From assembly GCA_040767085.1 (NCBI GenBank), contig JAXGPF010000019.1:1-49604 (forward strand): a stretch of 49,604 nt of DNA, in the 5' to 3' direction. This document shows positions 27,601-36,235 of this stretch, one piece after another. The position numbers and the translations under genes are program-made. Under the pieces are notes generated by a model that was given only the letters and a program-made list of their open reading frames with translations, had not been told where the DNA came from and did no database searches. Within the stretch, counting starts at the first letter, position 1, and each line of letters begins with the position of its first letter. The stretch comes from Kiritimatiellia bacterium (GTDB lineage: Bacteria > Verrucomicrobiota > Kiritimatiellia > JAAZAB01).

Positions 27601-27838
27601 CCACCACAATACGCTCTATTCCAGCCGCGACAACACGATTTGCCTGCGCGGGATTCCGATGGAAGTCACCAGGATTCACCACAACCATTTTATCGAGAAA
27701 ACCGATCCCGGCCAGGCCGTGTGGCAGTACGCCCCCGGCGGCGGTTTCAAGCGCTGGAGCCATGTGCAGGACGGGCAATGGCGCGGTATCCAGGTGGAAG
27801 TGTCCGACAACTTTTTCGGCCCAACTGCAGCGGAATAA
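24650..27838 (+). CDS. Large secreted multidomain protein: CBM-like + ThuA/GATase-like + parallel beta-helix with inserted LamG domain
   Basis: NMIPNPGAE...AHSGRHA...IYLDDV (CBM4/9-like); FVDSGKGVILGH...HPVMQGLP (ThuA-like); VTLASGRG...HIHNN...GLGYGV (beta-helix); WHHVVV...GALDEVRIYNRALT (LamG). Start uncertain. Confidence 0.75.
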   Translation: MPLIQNARRDDVLKSTGAPQTAKAWAILKSLAVSGWLVSGWAAGQATPPATNMIPNPGAEKVMPSASFPSELTVPRTQMAGAYPESWAVYNGNGSCRWGAADEAHSGRHAAFLTVTPAAGATSSVNLGLCLGGGNGYSGAKAIPIQGNQAYYFAFYARGDMAGAGVRITGWQESDLSHKGRRILKTPLDRIELTDEWQLFEGYFVTPGNIARLTPIVHVSLSPDANRAEQTIYLDDVTLRPYVPVPLDQVRPDPIRVAVYENAANLQSKQSGLGPQGRAQILQALQKAAGIAPRIIDNLRQDTLAECDVIIFSNILKLSTADQASGTDWELALLNFVDSGKGVILGHDSVGWRGVFGESGLFSLICTGRGLALGERVLTAANAQHPVMQGLPASFQHAYDDHVAMIAAPGADVLARNRSGEPAVVAGGMSRGRVVAVGFPMGLSASPAQAGGEGLAKVQEAAPLTDEEARLLINSVRWCAEPPRSAIPLLLTKATLAQQVRAYNHTLKEAAARYLTIFKPDPEYRLTTPRPGREPIGGGQGYSQIPDMARADFRPDTRADLLAALINAQPGALIYIPDKAEIELSGFNEITIPAGVTLASGRGRILEDGSASEGALLHTVTHGTLFVVNGPGVRLTGFRLGGPAPDRAPAVATSLGVISDFPVEIDNCRWWGWVRTIMARGRNSHIHNNVIHHAGGLGYGVQIGSDDGQALIEENIFDYMRHAVAAGGTAVYEARYNITGRNMFSGSYDIHGANDREKTYMLANWRFDAIQDGTALNYVEGTALKGMPCRLTVTGARLEPNADRDGWFDQALRFSGQSDFAVCGRPPAAFQAAAGAVEFRIKTAPDNGQRPIVCQFQDSDNFWLVRMNSHGRLQLIIKIQGQEQVNLTSAKILTPRWHHVVVQQLGGAISMAIDAVSSDLSGQGQRSREWTQSLQLDKIWIGRDAADFFAGALDEVRIYNRALTSEQIQQHYRYPDLSGTKVEIHHNTLYSSRDNTICLRGIPMEVTRIHHNHFIEKTDPGQAVWQYAPGGGFKRWSHVQDGQWRGIQVEVSDNFFGPTAAE

Positions 27839-27862
27839 ACATTAAACAGAAAGGGGAAAGCC

Positions 27863-28663
27863 ATGCTGCGTATAGTAAAATTGGCAGGATTGCTTATTGT
27901 TTGCGCAACGGCGGTTTCAGCCTCGCCCTTGCCGCCCATCCCGCTCTTGCGCGAGGATTTTCATGCATATCCGCCGGGCTCGCCTGAAACCGTGCCGGAA
28001 GGATTCGTCACCGTGCGCGGGACTTCCCTGGTAAATGACACACAGGAATTTAATTACGACCTGTGGGAATCATACGGCATAGTCCGCTGGGCCATCCGCC
28101 GCCTGAGCGCGTGGAATACCCGGCGGCTGGTTTACATAGGCAACGGCGAAACCGATCCGTCGCAATGGAGCGATTACACCGCCTACACCCAGTTTGAAAT
28201 TCCTACATCACCCGGCAGTTGCAAGGTGCATCTGCTTGGACGGCTTCAGGGCAATTCCACCAACCAGCAGGGCTACACCGCCATCTGGAACGGATCAGCA
28301 ACCGGAGATGAGCTGCCTTACCGGCTGGTGATATACAAAGACTATTTTGACCGCAGCATGACTAACTTGCTGGATCCGAACCTGATTGCCTACTCCACCA
28401 ACACTTTCGAAATCACAAGCAATACCGTGTATACGATCAAATTCGCCCTGCAGGGCGAAAAACTAAGCGCCGCTTTCTACGAGGGCACCAACCTGGCGCT
28501 GCCGGACGCATTGAAAATGACGGCTTCCGGCACGGATGCCTCTTACACCTCCGGTACCGCTGGGTTCGGCTTGCGCGTGCCGAACACCAATGTTTTCGGT
28601 TATTTTTACAACCTGTTTGTCGATGCCCCGCCGCCGCGGGGCACCGTTGTGATCCTCCGATAG
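27863..28663 (+). CDS. Secreted beta-sandwich protein with C-terminal PPPRGTVVILR tail
   Basis: Signal peptide, beta-rich lectin-like core (WSDYT...YTSGTAGFG), Pro-Gly-Thr-hydrophobic-Arg terminus. Confidence 0.7.
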   Translation: MLRIVKLAGLLIVCATAVSASPLPPIPLLREDFHAYPPGSPETVPEGFVTVRGTSLVNDTQEFNYDLWESYGIVRWAIRRLSAWNTRRLVYIGNGETDPSQWSDYTAYTQFEIPTSPGSCKVHLLGRLQGNSTNQQGYTAIWNGSATGDELPYRLVIYKDYFDRSMTNLLDPNLIAYSTNTFEITSNTVYTIKFALQGEKLSAAFYEGTNLALPDALKMTASGTDASYTSGTAGFGLRVPNTNVFGYFYNLFVDAPPPRGTVVILR

Positions 28664-28757
28664 CCGACGGTTGTTGGATTCAAGGCGCTCAGGGACTGAA
28701 CGCCCTGCCAAAACATTCGAAATTGTCGAGACAACCATGCGAACATCAAGAAAACAA

Positions 28758-29969
28758 ATGGCTATAAATCAATCCGCTGAGATTTTTAACGCGTCGCTCG
28801 CCTGCCTGGCCGGCGGCAGTTCCACCTGCTCCAAGCGGCCGGGGCTGATGCCGGAAGAACCCGGAGTGATCGTCCGCGGAAAAGGGTGCCGGGTCTGGGA
28901 TGCCGATGGGCGCGAATTCATTGATTTCCGCAACGGCCTGGGCCCGGTCACGCTGGGGTACTGCGTCCCGGAAATTGACGCCGCCATCGTCAGGCAAATG
29001 GCCAACGGCATTGTTTTCGGCCAGCCGCACCCCCTGGAAGGCCAGGTTGCGCAATTGCTCTGCGAAAACATCCCCTGCGCCGAGCGGGTGCGCTTCCTGA
29101 AGACCGGCGGGGAAGCCTGCGCGGCGGCCTTGCGCCTGGCGCGCGCTTTTACCGGACGCGCCAAAGTGATGCAGATCGGCTACAACGGATGGCTGAACAG
29201 CGTCGGCCGCGGCGCGCTGGCGCTGCCGGGCCGTTCCGCCATGGCGGAAGCGCCCCCCGGCGTGCCGTTGGGGCTGGCCGAGTCGTTTACCGTCTGCCGC
29301 TGGGATGATATTGAAATGATTGAAGCCATCCTGGCCGCGCACCCGGAAGATTACGCGGCCATCATCATTGCCTGCGATTACCCGGGCCTGGCCCAGGGCA
29401 AAACTTTTTTGCCCGCCGTGCGCCGCCTGACCAGCCGCTACGGGGTGTTGATGATCATGGATGAAATTGTCACCGGGTTCCGGCTGGCCCTGGGCGGCGC
29501 CCATGCATATTTCAATTTCAAACCCGACCTGGCGGTGTTCGCCAAAGGCATGGCCAACGGGATGCCGCTTTCAACTTTTGTCGGGCGCGCCGCGGTGATG
29601 GAAACCTTGAGCAAGTGCACGGTTTCATCCACCTATGGGGGCGAAACCCTCTCATTAGCGGCCGCGGCAGCCGCGATCAAGTTTTATCTCGCGCATGACG
29701 TTTGCGCGCACTTGTGGCGCGCCGGGGAAATGATGTGGGGCGGCTTGCAGAAAATATTTGACGCCCGCGGCATCGGCATTGCCATCAAAGGCCTTTGGCC
29801 CTGCCCGCGGTTTACGGCGGCAGACGCCGCGCTGCTGCCGAAATTCATGCGCGCGGCTTACGCCAACGGCGTGGCGCTTTACGGCGTCTCATACGTGAAT
29901 TATGCGCACAAGGACGGCGATATAGCCGAGGCGCTGGAGCGGCTGGACAAAGCCATCCAAACCCTGTAA
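28758..29969 (+). CDS. Class III PLP aminotransferase (glutamate-1-semialdehyde aminomutase-like)
   Basis: GKGCRVWDADGREFIDF, RFLKTGGEA, MDEIVTGFR, FAKGMANGMPLS, STYGGE. Confidence 0.9.
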   Translation: MAINQSAEIFNASLACLAGGSSTCSKRPGLMPEEPGVIVRGKGCRVWDADGREFIDFRNGLGPVTLGYCVPEIDAAIVRQMANGIVFGQPHPLEGQVAQLLCENIPCAERVRFLKTGGEACAAALRLARAFTGRAKVMQIGYNGWLNSVGRGALALPGRSAMAEAPPGVPLGLAESFTVCRWDDIEMIEAILAAHPEDYAAIIIACDYPGLAQGKTFLPAVRRLTSRYGVLMIMDEIVTGFRLALGGAHAYFNFKPDLAVFAKGMANGMPLSTFVGRAAVMETLSKCTVSSTYGGETLSLAAAAAAIKFYLAHDVCAHLWRAGEMMWGGLQKIFDARGIGIAIKGLWPCPRFTAADAALLPKFMRAAYANGVALYGVSYVNYAHKDGDIAEALERLDKAIQTL

Positions 29970-29981
29970 AGGAACCAGCCA

Positions 29982-30788
29982 GTGCCAATCGTTTCCATCC
30001 GGAAAAAACTCGCGCCGCCCTGCCCGGTGATTGATTTTCATGTGCATCCCTGGAGCGCGGTCGGGGTGCGCCTGGCCGCTACGCCGGAAGATAATGCGCG
30101 GTGTTTCCTGCAGGCGGCGGACGCCGCCGGCATATCGCGCATGGTGGCGCATGACGTCGGCAACGATAATCTGCCCAGCCCGACCCCGGCGGACCTGACG
30201 CGCATCAACGACCTGCTGCTGCGGGTATGCGCGGTTGATCCGGCGCGGTTCATCCCGTTTGCCTATCTTAATCCGGCGTTTCCGGACGGATCCTTGCGCG
30301 AGCTTGACCGCTGCATTGGCCATGGCATGCGCGGCATCAAGCTGTGGATCGGCCGGCGGATCAACCATGCCGGCGGCCTGCTCATAGCGCGGCGCGCGGC
30401 CGAACTGGGCTTGCCAATCGTCCAGCATTGCTCGGATCGTCCCGGCGGCAACCTGCCGGGTGAAACCGCGCCGGCCGATGCCGCCGAGTTGGCCGCCATC
30501 TGCCCGGAAGTCAAGCTGGTTCTGGCGCATCTGAACAATATCGGGCTGCGCGGCATTGAAATCATCCGGCCGCATGCCAATATCCTGGTGGACACATCCG
30601 GCGGCGATCCGCTGGTTGGATTCGTCCGGGCGGCGGTTGACCGGCTGGGCGCCGAGCGCGTGCTGTTCGGCTCCGACATGCCCTGCCGGTGTTTCGGCAG
30701 CCAGTTGGGCAAAGTGCTGAACGGGTCGCTGACGCCGCCGGAAATGGAGCATGTGCTGCATTTGAACGCGGAAGCATTGTTGACATGA
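29982..30788 (+). CDS. Amidohydrolase_2-family metallohydrolase
   Basis: IDFHVH, GIKL, LAH, DTSG, RVLFGSDMP, NAEAL. Confidence 0.88.
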   Translation: MPIVSIRKKLAPPCPVIDFHVHPWSAVGVRLAATPEDNARCFLQAADAAGISRMVAHDVGNDNLPSPTPADLTRINDLLLRVCAVDPARFIPFAYLNPAFPDGSLRELDRCIGHGMRGIKLWIGRRINHAGGLLIARRAAELGLPIVQHCSDRPGGNLPGETAPADAAELAAICPEVKLVLAHLNNIGLRGIEIIRPHANILVDTSGGDPLVGFVRAAVDRLGAERVLFGSDMPCRCFGSQLGKVLNGSLTPPEMEHVLHLNAEALLT

Positions 30789-31552
30789 AAATATTCGACT
30801 TCAGTTGTTTTTACGGAACCTGGCCTGCTTATCCCGTCCTGGGCGCCATGGATGATGTGGCCGCCGAACTCAAAAACTGGGGCGTAACGGACGCATTCAT
30901 CAGCCCGCTGGCGTCGGCCTGGTGCCGCAACCAGCAGGCATTCAACCGCGAACTGCTGGAAATAACCCGGCCCTACCCCGGCATGCATCCCGCGCCGGTG
31001 CTGGATCCAACCCTGCCGGCATGGCAGGAAGAAGCCGCGCTCATGCTCCGGGATCCGCGGGTCAGGATCTTCCGGGTTTTCTTGAATTACACCCCCTTCA
31101 ACCGTGAACGGCGGGATTCCCTGGCGGAATTCCTGACGTATTGCAGCCAATCCGGACTACCCCTGATCGTGCAGCGCCGGATGGAGGACCCCCGGTACAA
31201 CCATCATCGCACCGGTGTTCCCGACACGGATATGAATCACGTATTGGGCATTGCCGCGCATTTGCCGGAGTTGAAACTGATTCTGGGGGGCATGCCGGCC
31301 GGGGTCAACGCCGCCCAGATTTTAAAGCATCCCGGCATCTACCTGGACACTTCGCAGATGGACGGCTTGAGTTGCATACGCCGGCAAATCGAGCAGGGCC
31401 TGCTCCCGCGGCTCTTGTTCGGTTCGCACATGCCCCTGTTCGAGACTGCCGCGGCCTTCGGACGCGTCCTGCCTGACATATCCGACGCCGAAGCCGTACA
31501 GATTTTTCACGGCAATGCCGCGGGATTGCCATGGCTGGCCGCAAGCTCCTGA
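30785..31552 (+). CDS. Amidohydrolase-fold protein with degenerate metal ligands
   Basis: ATGA overlap with the upstream gene; YLDTS, RLLFGSHMP, GNA. Lacks the N-terminal HxH. Confidence 0.8.
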   Translation: MKIFDFSCFYGTWPAYPVLGAMDDVAAELKNWGVTDAFISPLASAWCRNQQAFNRELLEITRPYPGMHPAPVLDPTLPAWQEEAALMLRDPRVRIFRVFLNYTPFNRERRDSLAEFLTYCSQSGLPLIVQRRMEDPRYNHHRTGVPDTDMNHVLGIAAHLPELKLILGGMPAGVNAAQILKHPGIYLDTSQMDGLSCIRRQIEQGLLPRLLFGSHMPLFETAAAFGRVLPDISDAEAVQIFHGNAAGLPWLAASS

Positions 31553-31574
31553 CGGATTGAGGTTAATTGGTTTT

Positions 31575-33833
31575 ATGACGCCACCGTCCATCAGCTTGAC
31601 CCCGCCATCCCTGCCGCCGCGGCCGGCAATGTTGCTGCCCGGCCTGGCGGCCGGCGCCCGGCTGATCCGGTTCGCGGCCGGGGGCGGTTGGCGGCGCGCC
31701 GGCCACCGGCCAGCCGCGCCCCATCCCTTGCCGGACGGCTTCCTGGGCATCTGCGTCGCCGCCAGCGCCGATCCGGCCGGCGACGATTACCTTCTGGAAC
31801 GGTTGAATGAACTGGGGCTCCGCCATGTCCGCCTGGACCTGACCTACCCCGCGGCGGGCGGACATCAGCCGCGCCTGCTGGCCAAACTGCTGGAACATGA
31901 TTTCAAAGTATGCCTGCACCTCGTGCCACCCCGCGCTGAAGCCAGGCTGATGTCGCGGCGCGGGCCGGCGGCAGACGCGGCGGCGGACCGCTGGCGGGCC
32001 TTTGTGGATGACGCGCTGGCGCGCTGGGGCGGCGCGGCCGACTGCGTGGAAGTGGGCGCCACCTGCAACCGGCGCAAATGGTCCGGGCAATCCCTGGCCG
32101 CTTTGGCGCAGGCCTGGCAGATCGCCTGGGCCATTGCCCGCGCGCGCGGCGTAAAAATCATCGGCCCGAATGTCACGGATTTCGAACCGGTATATAATTT
32201 TCTGCTGCTGGACCGCCTGCGCCGCCTGGGTTGTCCGCCGGATGCGCATACGGACAATCTTTTTGTCGAGCGCGCCACGGAACCGGAAAATTTCGATCAC
32301 AAAATCCTGGGATACCGGGCGGCGGGCTGGCTGCGCTGCAACCTGATCCGCAAGGCGCGGCTGCTGCAGGCCATCGGCGCCGCCCAGGGCGCGCCGGAAT
32401 TCATCTGCTCCCATACCGCGTGGAGTCTGCGCCGGATCGCGCGTTATCTGGAGCATGTTGAAGAGAAACAGGCGGATTACCTTGCGCGTTACCTGCTGCT
32501 GGCGGCGGCCTCCGGCGCCCTGGAGCGGGTTTACTGGGGGCCCTTGATCGGTCAGCGGGAGGGTTTGATTGACGATGGCACGGCGGAATATCCCGATCCG
32601 CCGCATGTCACGCTTTATCACCAGGCCCGCGGCCAGCCGGCGGACTACCGTATCCGGCCGGCGTTTCATGCCATGGCTGCCATCCAGAAATTGCTGCGCG
32701 GGGCGGTCTTTGTAAAAGCGCATACCGCCGGACCGGCCCTGGAAATCCTGGAATTCAAGGGGCCGGCCGGCGCCATCCACCACGCGGTATGGACTGCCAA
32801 CGGCCGCTGCGCTGCCGCGGAAGAATGCTATCATCCGGCCGCGCTGGCCGCCGCTGCTTGCACCGACCGCGACGGCCGGCGGCTGCCGGCTGCGCCGGCA
32901 TTCTTCGGCGAAAGTCCGACCTATTTCACCTGGAATCAGCCGCTGGAACTGACGCTGCGCCCGCATCCCGTCCCTGGCATTTGGCGGCTGGCCTGGCATC
33001 AACCGCCATTGACAACTCCCACCCCGCTGCGCGCCGGGCCCTGGCAGGGTATCTACCAGACCCGCGCCGAAAACGGCGCGGCAATTGATCCAGCGGCCCT
33101 GCTGGCCGCCGCCGTTACGCCGTCAGACACCCCCATGCTGCGCGCCGGGCGCAACCAGGTCTGGCGCATTCCCGCGCCCTGGCAACCCGGACATGACATC
33201 GTCATCAAGCAATTCAAGGTCCCCGGCCTGTGGCGCCGCTGCCTGGACTACGGCAAACCGCCCAAGGCGATACGCAGTTGGAACGGCGCCCAGGAGCTGC
33301 TGCGGCGCGGCCTGCCAACCCCCGCCCCCCTGGCCTGCCTGTTGCCGTCACAGAACGGCCAACCGGCATTTTATATTTGCGCCGATTTCCACCCCGATTA
33401 CTCCGTCCGGGATATTTTTACCGCCTTGTCGCGCAGCACCCGCCCTGTCCCGGACATGACCCCGGCCGACTGGTATGCGTCCATCAGCGCATTCCTGGCG
33501 CGGATGCACGATCGCGGCGTTTTTTTCCGGGATTTATCCGCCGGCAACCTGTTGCTGCGCCGGGGGGGCGATGGCGCCATCGAATACGCCCTGATTGACA
33601 CGGCGCGCGCGCGTTTTTTGCCGCGGCCCCTGCCGTTGCGGCAGCGGTTGGCCGACCTGAAACGCATCTGCCATCCCCTGCCCTGGCCGGAGCGGCGCGC
33701 CTTTTTAGACGCCTATATGCGGGCCGGCGGACGGGCGTTCCAGCCATGGATGCTGTTGCCGTTGCTGGTTTATGACTGGAAACACCGGCTAAAACGCGCG
33801 ATCAAACCTTTGCGACGGATGATTGGATGGTGA
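31575..33833 (+). CDS. Fusion of a glycoside-hydrolase-like TIM barrel and a Kdo/WaaP(InaA)-type LPS kinase
   Basis: N-terminal LGLRHVRLD, VEVG..CN, IIGPN, VYWG; C-terminal VIKQF, RSWNGA.EL, MHDRGVFFRDLSAGNLL, LIDTAR. Confidence 0.75.
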   Translation: MTPPSISLTPPSLPPRPAMLLPGLAAGARLIRFAAGGGWRRAGHRPAAPHPLPDGFLGICVAASADPAGDDYLLERLNELGLRHVRLDLTYPAAGGHQPRLLAKLLEHDFKVCLHLVPPRAEARLMSRRGPAADAAADRWRAFVDDALARWGGAADCVEVGATCNRRKWSGQSLAALAQAWQIAWAIARARGVKIIGPNVTDFEPVYNFLLLDRLRRLGCPPDAHTDNLFVERATEPENFDHKILGYRAAGWLRCNLIRKARLLQAIGAAQGAPEFICSHTAWSLRRIARYLEHVEEKQADYLARYLLLAAASGALERVYWGPLIGQREGLIDDGTAEYPDPPHVTLYHQARGQPADYRIRPAFHAMAAIQKLLRGAVFVKAHTAGPALEILEFKGPAGAIHHAVWTANGRCAAAEECYHPAALAAAACTDRDGRRLPAAPAFFGESPTYFTWNQPLELTLRPHPVPGIWRLAWHQPPLTTPTPLRAGPWQGIYQTRAENGAAIDPAALLAAAVTPSDTPMLRAGRNQVWRIPAPWQPGHDIVIKQFKVPGLWRRCLDYGKPPKAIRSWNGAQELLRRGLPTPAPLACLLPSQNGQPAFYICADFHPDYSVRDIFTALSRSTRPVPDMTPADWYASISAFLARMHDRGVFFRDLSAGNLLLRRGGDGAIEYALIDTARARFLPRPLPLRQRLADLKRICHPLPWPERRAFLDAYMRAGGRAFQPWMLLPLLVYDWKHRLKRAIKPLRRMIGW

Positions 33834-33848
33834 CAGGAGAAGATGCCA

Positions 33849-34110
33849 TCCGGATGCGTCACGCCCCGCTGCGTCGGACTACAGCGGATGCGCCACGCCG
33901 TGGCGCCGCTACAATCAGATTACTGTAACGGCCGAACGGCGTTCGGCATCTTTCCGGATGCGCCACGTCCATGCTTCGTCGGACTACGCAGGACAAGCAG
34001 TGGCCGTGCCCGCCGAAGCCAGGCGTAGGCGGGCGCTACTACAACCAGAACGGCGCGCAAGGCGCGGGCCGCGCTGGCGGCACTGCGCGCCCTACCTCCG
34101 GAACGGCGCG
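33849..34110. repeat. Intergenic mosaic of REP-like palindromes
   Basis: GTAG-type REP on the minus strand (33886-33912), a second copy with two 30-nt inserts (33956-34042), and a copy of the 24.4-kb REP (34085-34110). Confidence 0.65.
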
Positions 34111-34223
34111 AAAGGCGCAGGAGCAATCCGATGAAAATGACGCAGCCTGCCCACCGGCAGATTCGGAGCATCCATGATTGACCGGGCAGCCTGGAAAGCA
34201 TAATATGCCGGCTTTGAATTATT

Positions 34224-35369
34224 ATGCGTATCTATCTTTGCCCCGCATTATTGGATTGGCTGGTCTTCCTGGTAATCTTCGCCGTGTTATACAGCGCCGG
34301 TGAACGGGGAGTCAGCACTATGCGTTGCGCCTGGTTGGGCGGCGCATTTCAGATCAGCTACATGCTGACCAGCCTGGCGGCCGGCTTCATCATCAATCAT
34401 CGCAATGCCCGCGCCCTGCTGCTGGGCAGCACCGCGTTCAGCGCGCTGGTGAGCGTCTATTGCCTGATCACCACGGATTATTTTCCGCTGTTGGCGGGAT
34501 TGATCTGCCTGAGTTTTGGCATGGCGATATTTTTCAATGCCTTCCAGATGTTCATGCGGAACGAAACCATTCCCGGCAGCCTGGCGTGGACGGTAGGGTT
34601 TTACACCATGGCCTGGAGCGTCGGCGCGGGCGGGGGTGTTTTATCGGCGGGCTTAATTTACCGGTTCGGCCCGTTTGCGCTTTCCGCCATCGCCCTGGCG
34701 GTGGGCGGCATCATGCTGGCGGCGCTCCTGACCTATGCCCCGCGGCAGCACCGGAGCGGCGGCCGGGAAATGGAAGAGTTCATGCAGGGCAGCCGGCCGG
34801 CGGCGCCGGTCTATATTCTGATCGGCTGGCTGCTGATTTTCACTTCCATGTTCGTGCAGCGTCCGCTGCATACTTTTTTCCCGAAAATCAGCGCGGAAAT
34901 CGGCGTCAGCGCCTTTTGGGCCGGCCTGCCGCTGTTTTGCAACATGTTGATGCAAGGTTTAGTCGGACTGGCCATGGCCAAACTGCCGGGCGCGCTGTAC
35001 CGCCGGATGCCGCTCCTGATCATTCACCTCGCGGGCGCGGCAATTTGCGGATGCATTCTGCTGCGGCCGGATAGTTTAACAGTCACATTCATCGGCGTCA
35101 GCCTGCTGGGAATCTGTTCCGGCGCGGCCAGTTTTTTGAGCGTTTATTTCTGCAGCAATTCCGGCAATCGTTCCATGAATATCGGTGTGAATGAATTCCT
35201 GGTGGGATTGGGCTCATTTGCGGGCCTGTTCGCCGCCGAATGGCGTATGGACGCCGCGGGCGCCCAGCATGCGCTCTACCAGGTATTCGCAGCGGCAATG
35301 GTTGCGTCGGGCCTGATCCAGGCGGCGCTGGCGACGATGGGACAACGCCGGCGCCTTAAAACAGCGTAG
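34224..35369 (+). CDS. MFS transporter
   Basis: About 12 hydrophobic segments in two halves separated by a polar loop. Confidence 0.8.
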   Translation: MRIYLCPALLDWLVFLVIFAVLYSAGERGVSTMRCAWLGGAFQISYMLTSLAAGFIINHRNARALLLGSTAFSALVSVYCLITTDYFPLLAGLICLSFGMAIFFNAFQMFMRNETIPGSLAWTVGFYTMAWSVGAGGGVLSAGLIYRFGPFALSAIALAVGGIMLAALLTYAPRQHRSGGREMEEFMQGSRPAAPVYILIGWLLIFTSMFVQRPLHTFFPKISAEIGVSAFWAGLPLFCNMLMQGLVGLAMAKLPGALYRRMPLLIIHLAGAAICGCILLRPDSLTVTFIGVSLLGICSGAASFLSVYFCSNSGNRSMNIGVNEFLVGLGSFAGLFAAEWRMDAAGAQHALYQVFAAAMVASGLIQAALATMGQRRRLKTA

Positions 35370-36225
35370 GCGCCGACAGTTCCCGCGCCAGCCCGTGCAG
35401 ATCGTAGGCCTGGCAAAATGCAAGCAAGCGGCTGATTTCCGGGCGGCGCTGGCGCAATTCCTCCAGCGCCGGCAGGCCGGGCAAGTCCAACTGTAAACGC
35501 ATCAGGCGCAGATTCCGCCGCGCGGTTTCGGCATGCTCCGTCAGCGCCTGCCGTCCCTTTTCCGGCTGCAATTCCGCCGCATGCGCCAGCAGGCTTTCCA
35601 CGTCCGGCCATTGCGCCAGCCAGCGGGCCGCTGTTTTGGGACCAATGCCCGGCACGCCGGGGATGTTGTCCGCCGTATCGCCCACCAGCGCCAGCCAGTC
35701 CGGAATCTGGCCGGGTTGGACGCCCGTGCGCTCGGTCACGGCGTCCGGAGTGATTCTCTCATCCATCTTATTGGGAGCGACCAATGCGACTTTGTCGGAC
35801 ACGATCTGCATCAAATCCTTGTCGGCCGTCACCACCAGAGCTTCCATGCCGGCCGCCGCGCCGCGGTCAGCCAGCGCGGCGAGGATATCGTCCGCTTCCA
35901 GATCATCCCGGCGCACGGCGGCCACCCCGGCGCATTGCAGGTATTCCTCGATCAACGGCAGTTGGGCGCGCATGGGGTCCGGCATGGGCGGGCGCTGGGC
36001 CTTGTACAGCGGCAGCAATGCGCGCCGATCCGGCGGAATGCCGCCGTCGAACACCACGGCGCAGAAGTCCGGCTGCCAGTGTTGCTGCAGGTGGCGCAAG
36101 GTTTTGACGAATCCCAGCAGCGCGTTGGTCGGCGTGCCGTCCCGCGTGGAAAGCGGTGGGATGGCATGGAAGGCGCGGTAAACCAGCCCCAGGGCGTCAA
36201 CCAGCATCAAGCGTGATGGCTGCAT
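35356..36225 (-). CDS. Stand-alone 5'-3' exonuclease / flap endonuclease (Pol I N-terminal domain family)
   Basis: LVYRAFHA, YKAQRP, EADDI, TADKDLMQ, GDTADNIPGVPGIGPKTA; no polymerase domain. Confidence 0.92.
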   Translation of the reverse strand: MQPSRLMLVDALGLVYRAFHAIPPLSTRDGTPTNALLGFVKTLRHLQQHWQPDFCAVVFDGGIPPDRRALLPLYKAQRPPMPDPMRAQLPLIEEYLQCAGVAAVRRDDLEADDILAALADRGAAAGMEALVVTADKDLMQIVSDKVALVAPNKMDERITPDAVTERTGVQPGQIPDWLALVGDTADNIPGVPGIGPKTAARWLAQWPDVESLLAHAAELQPEKGRQALTEHAETARRNLRLMRLQLDLPGLPALEELRQRRPEISRLLAFCQAYDLHGLARELSAPTLF

Positions 36226-36235
36226 GATGTGCAGG

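Noticed and set aside
35356-36225. Truncated polA pseudogene
   Set aside because: Ends cleanly after the exonuclease domain with acidic motifs intact, as stand-alone flap endonucleases do.
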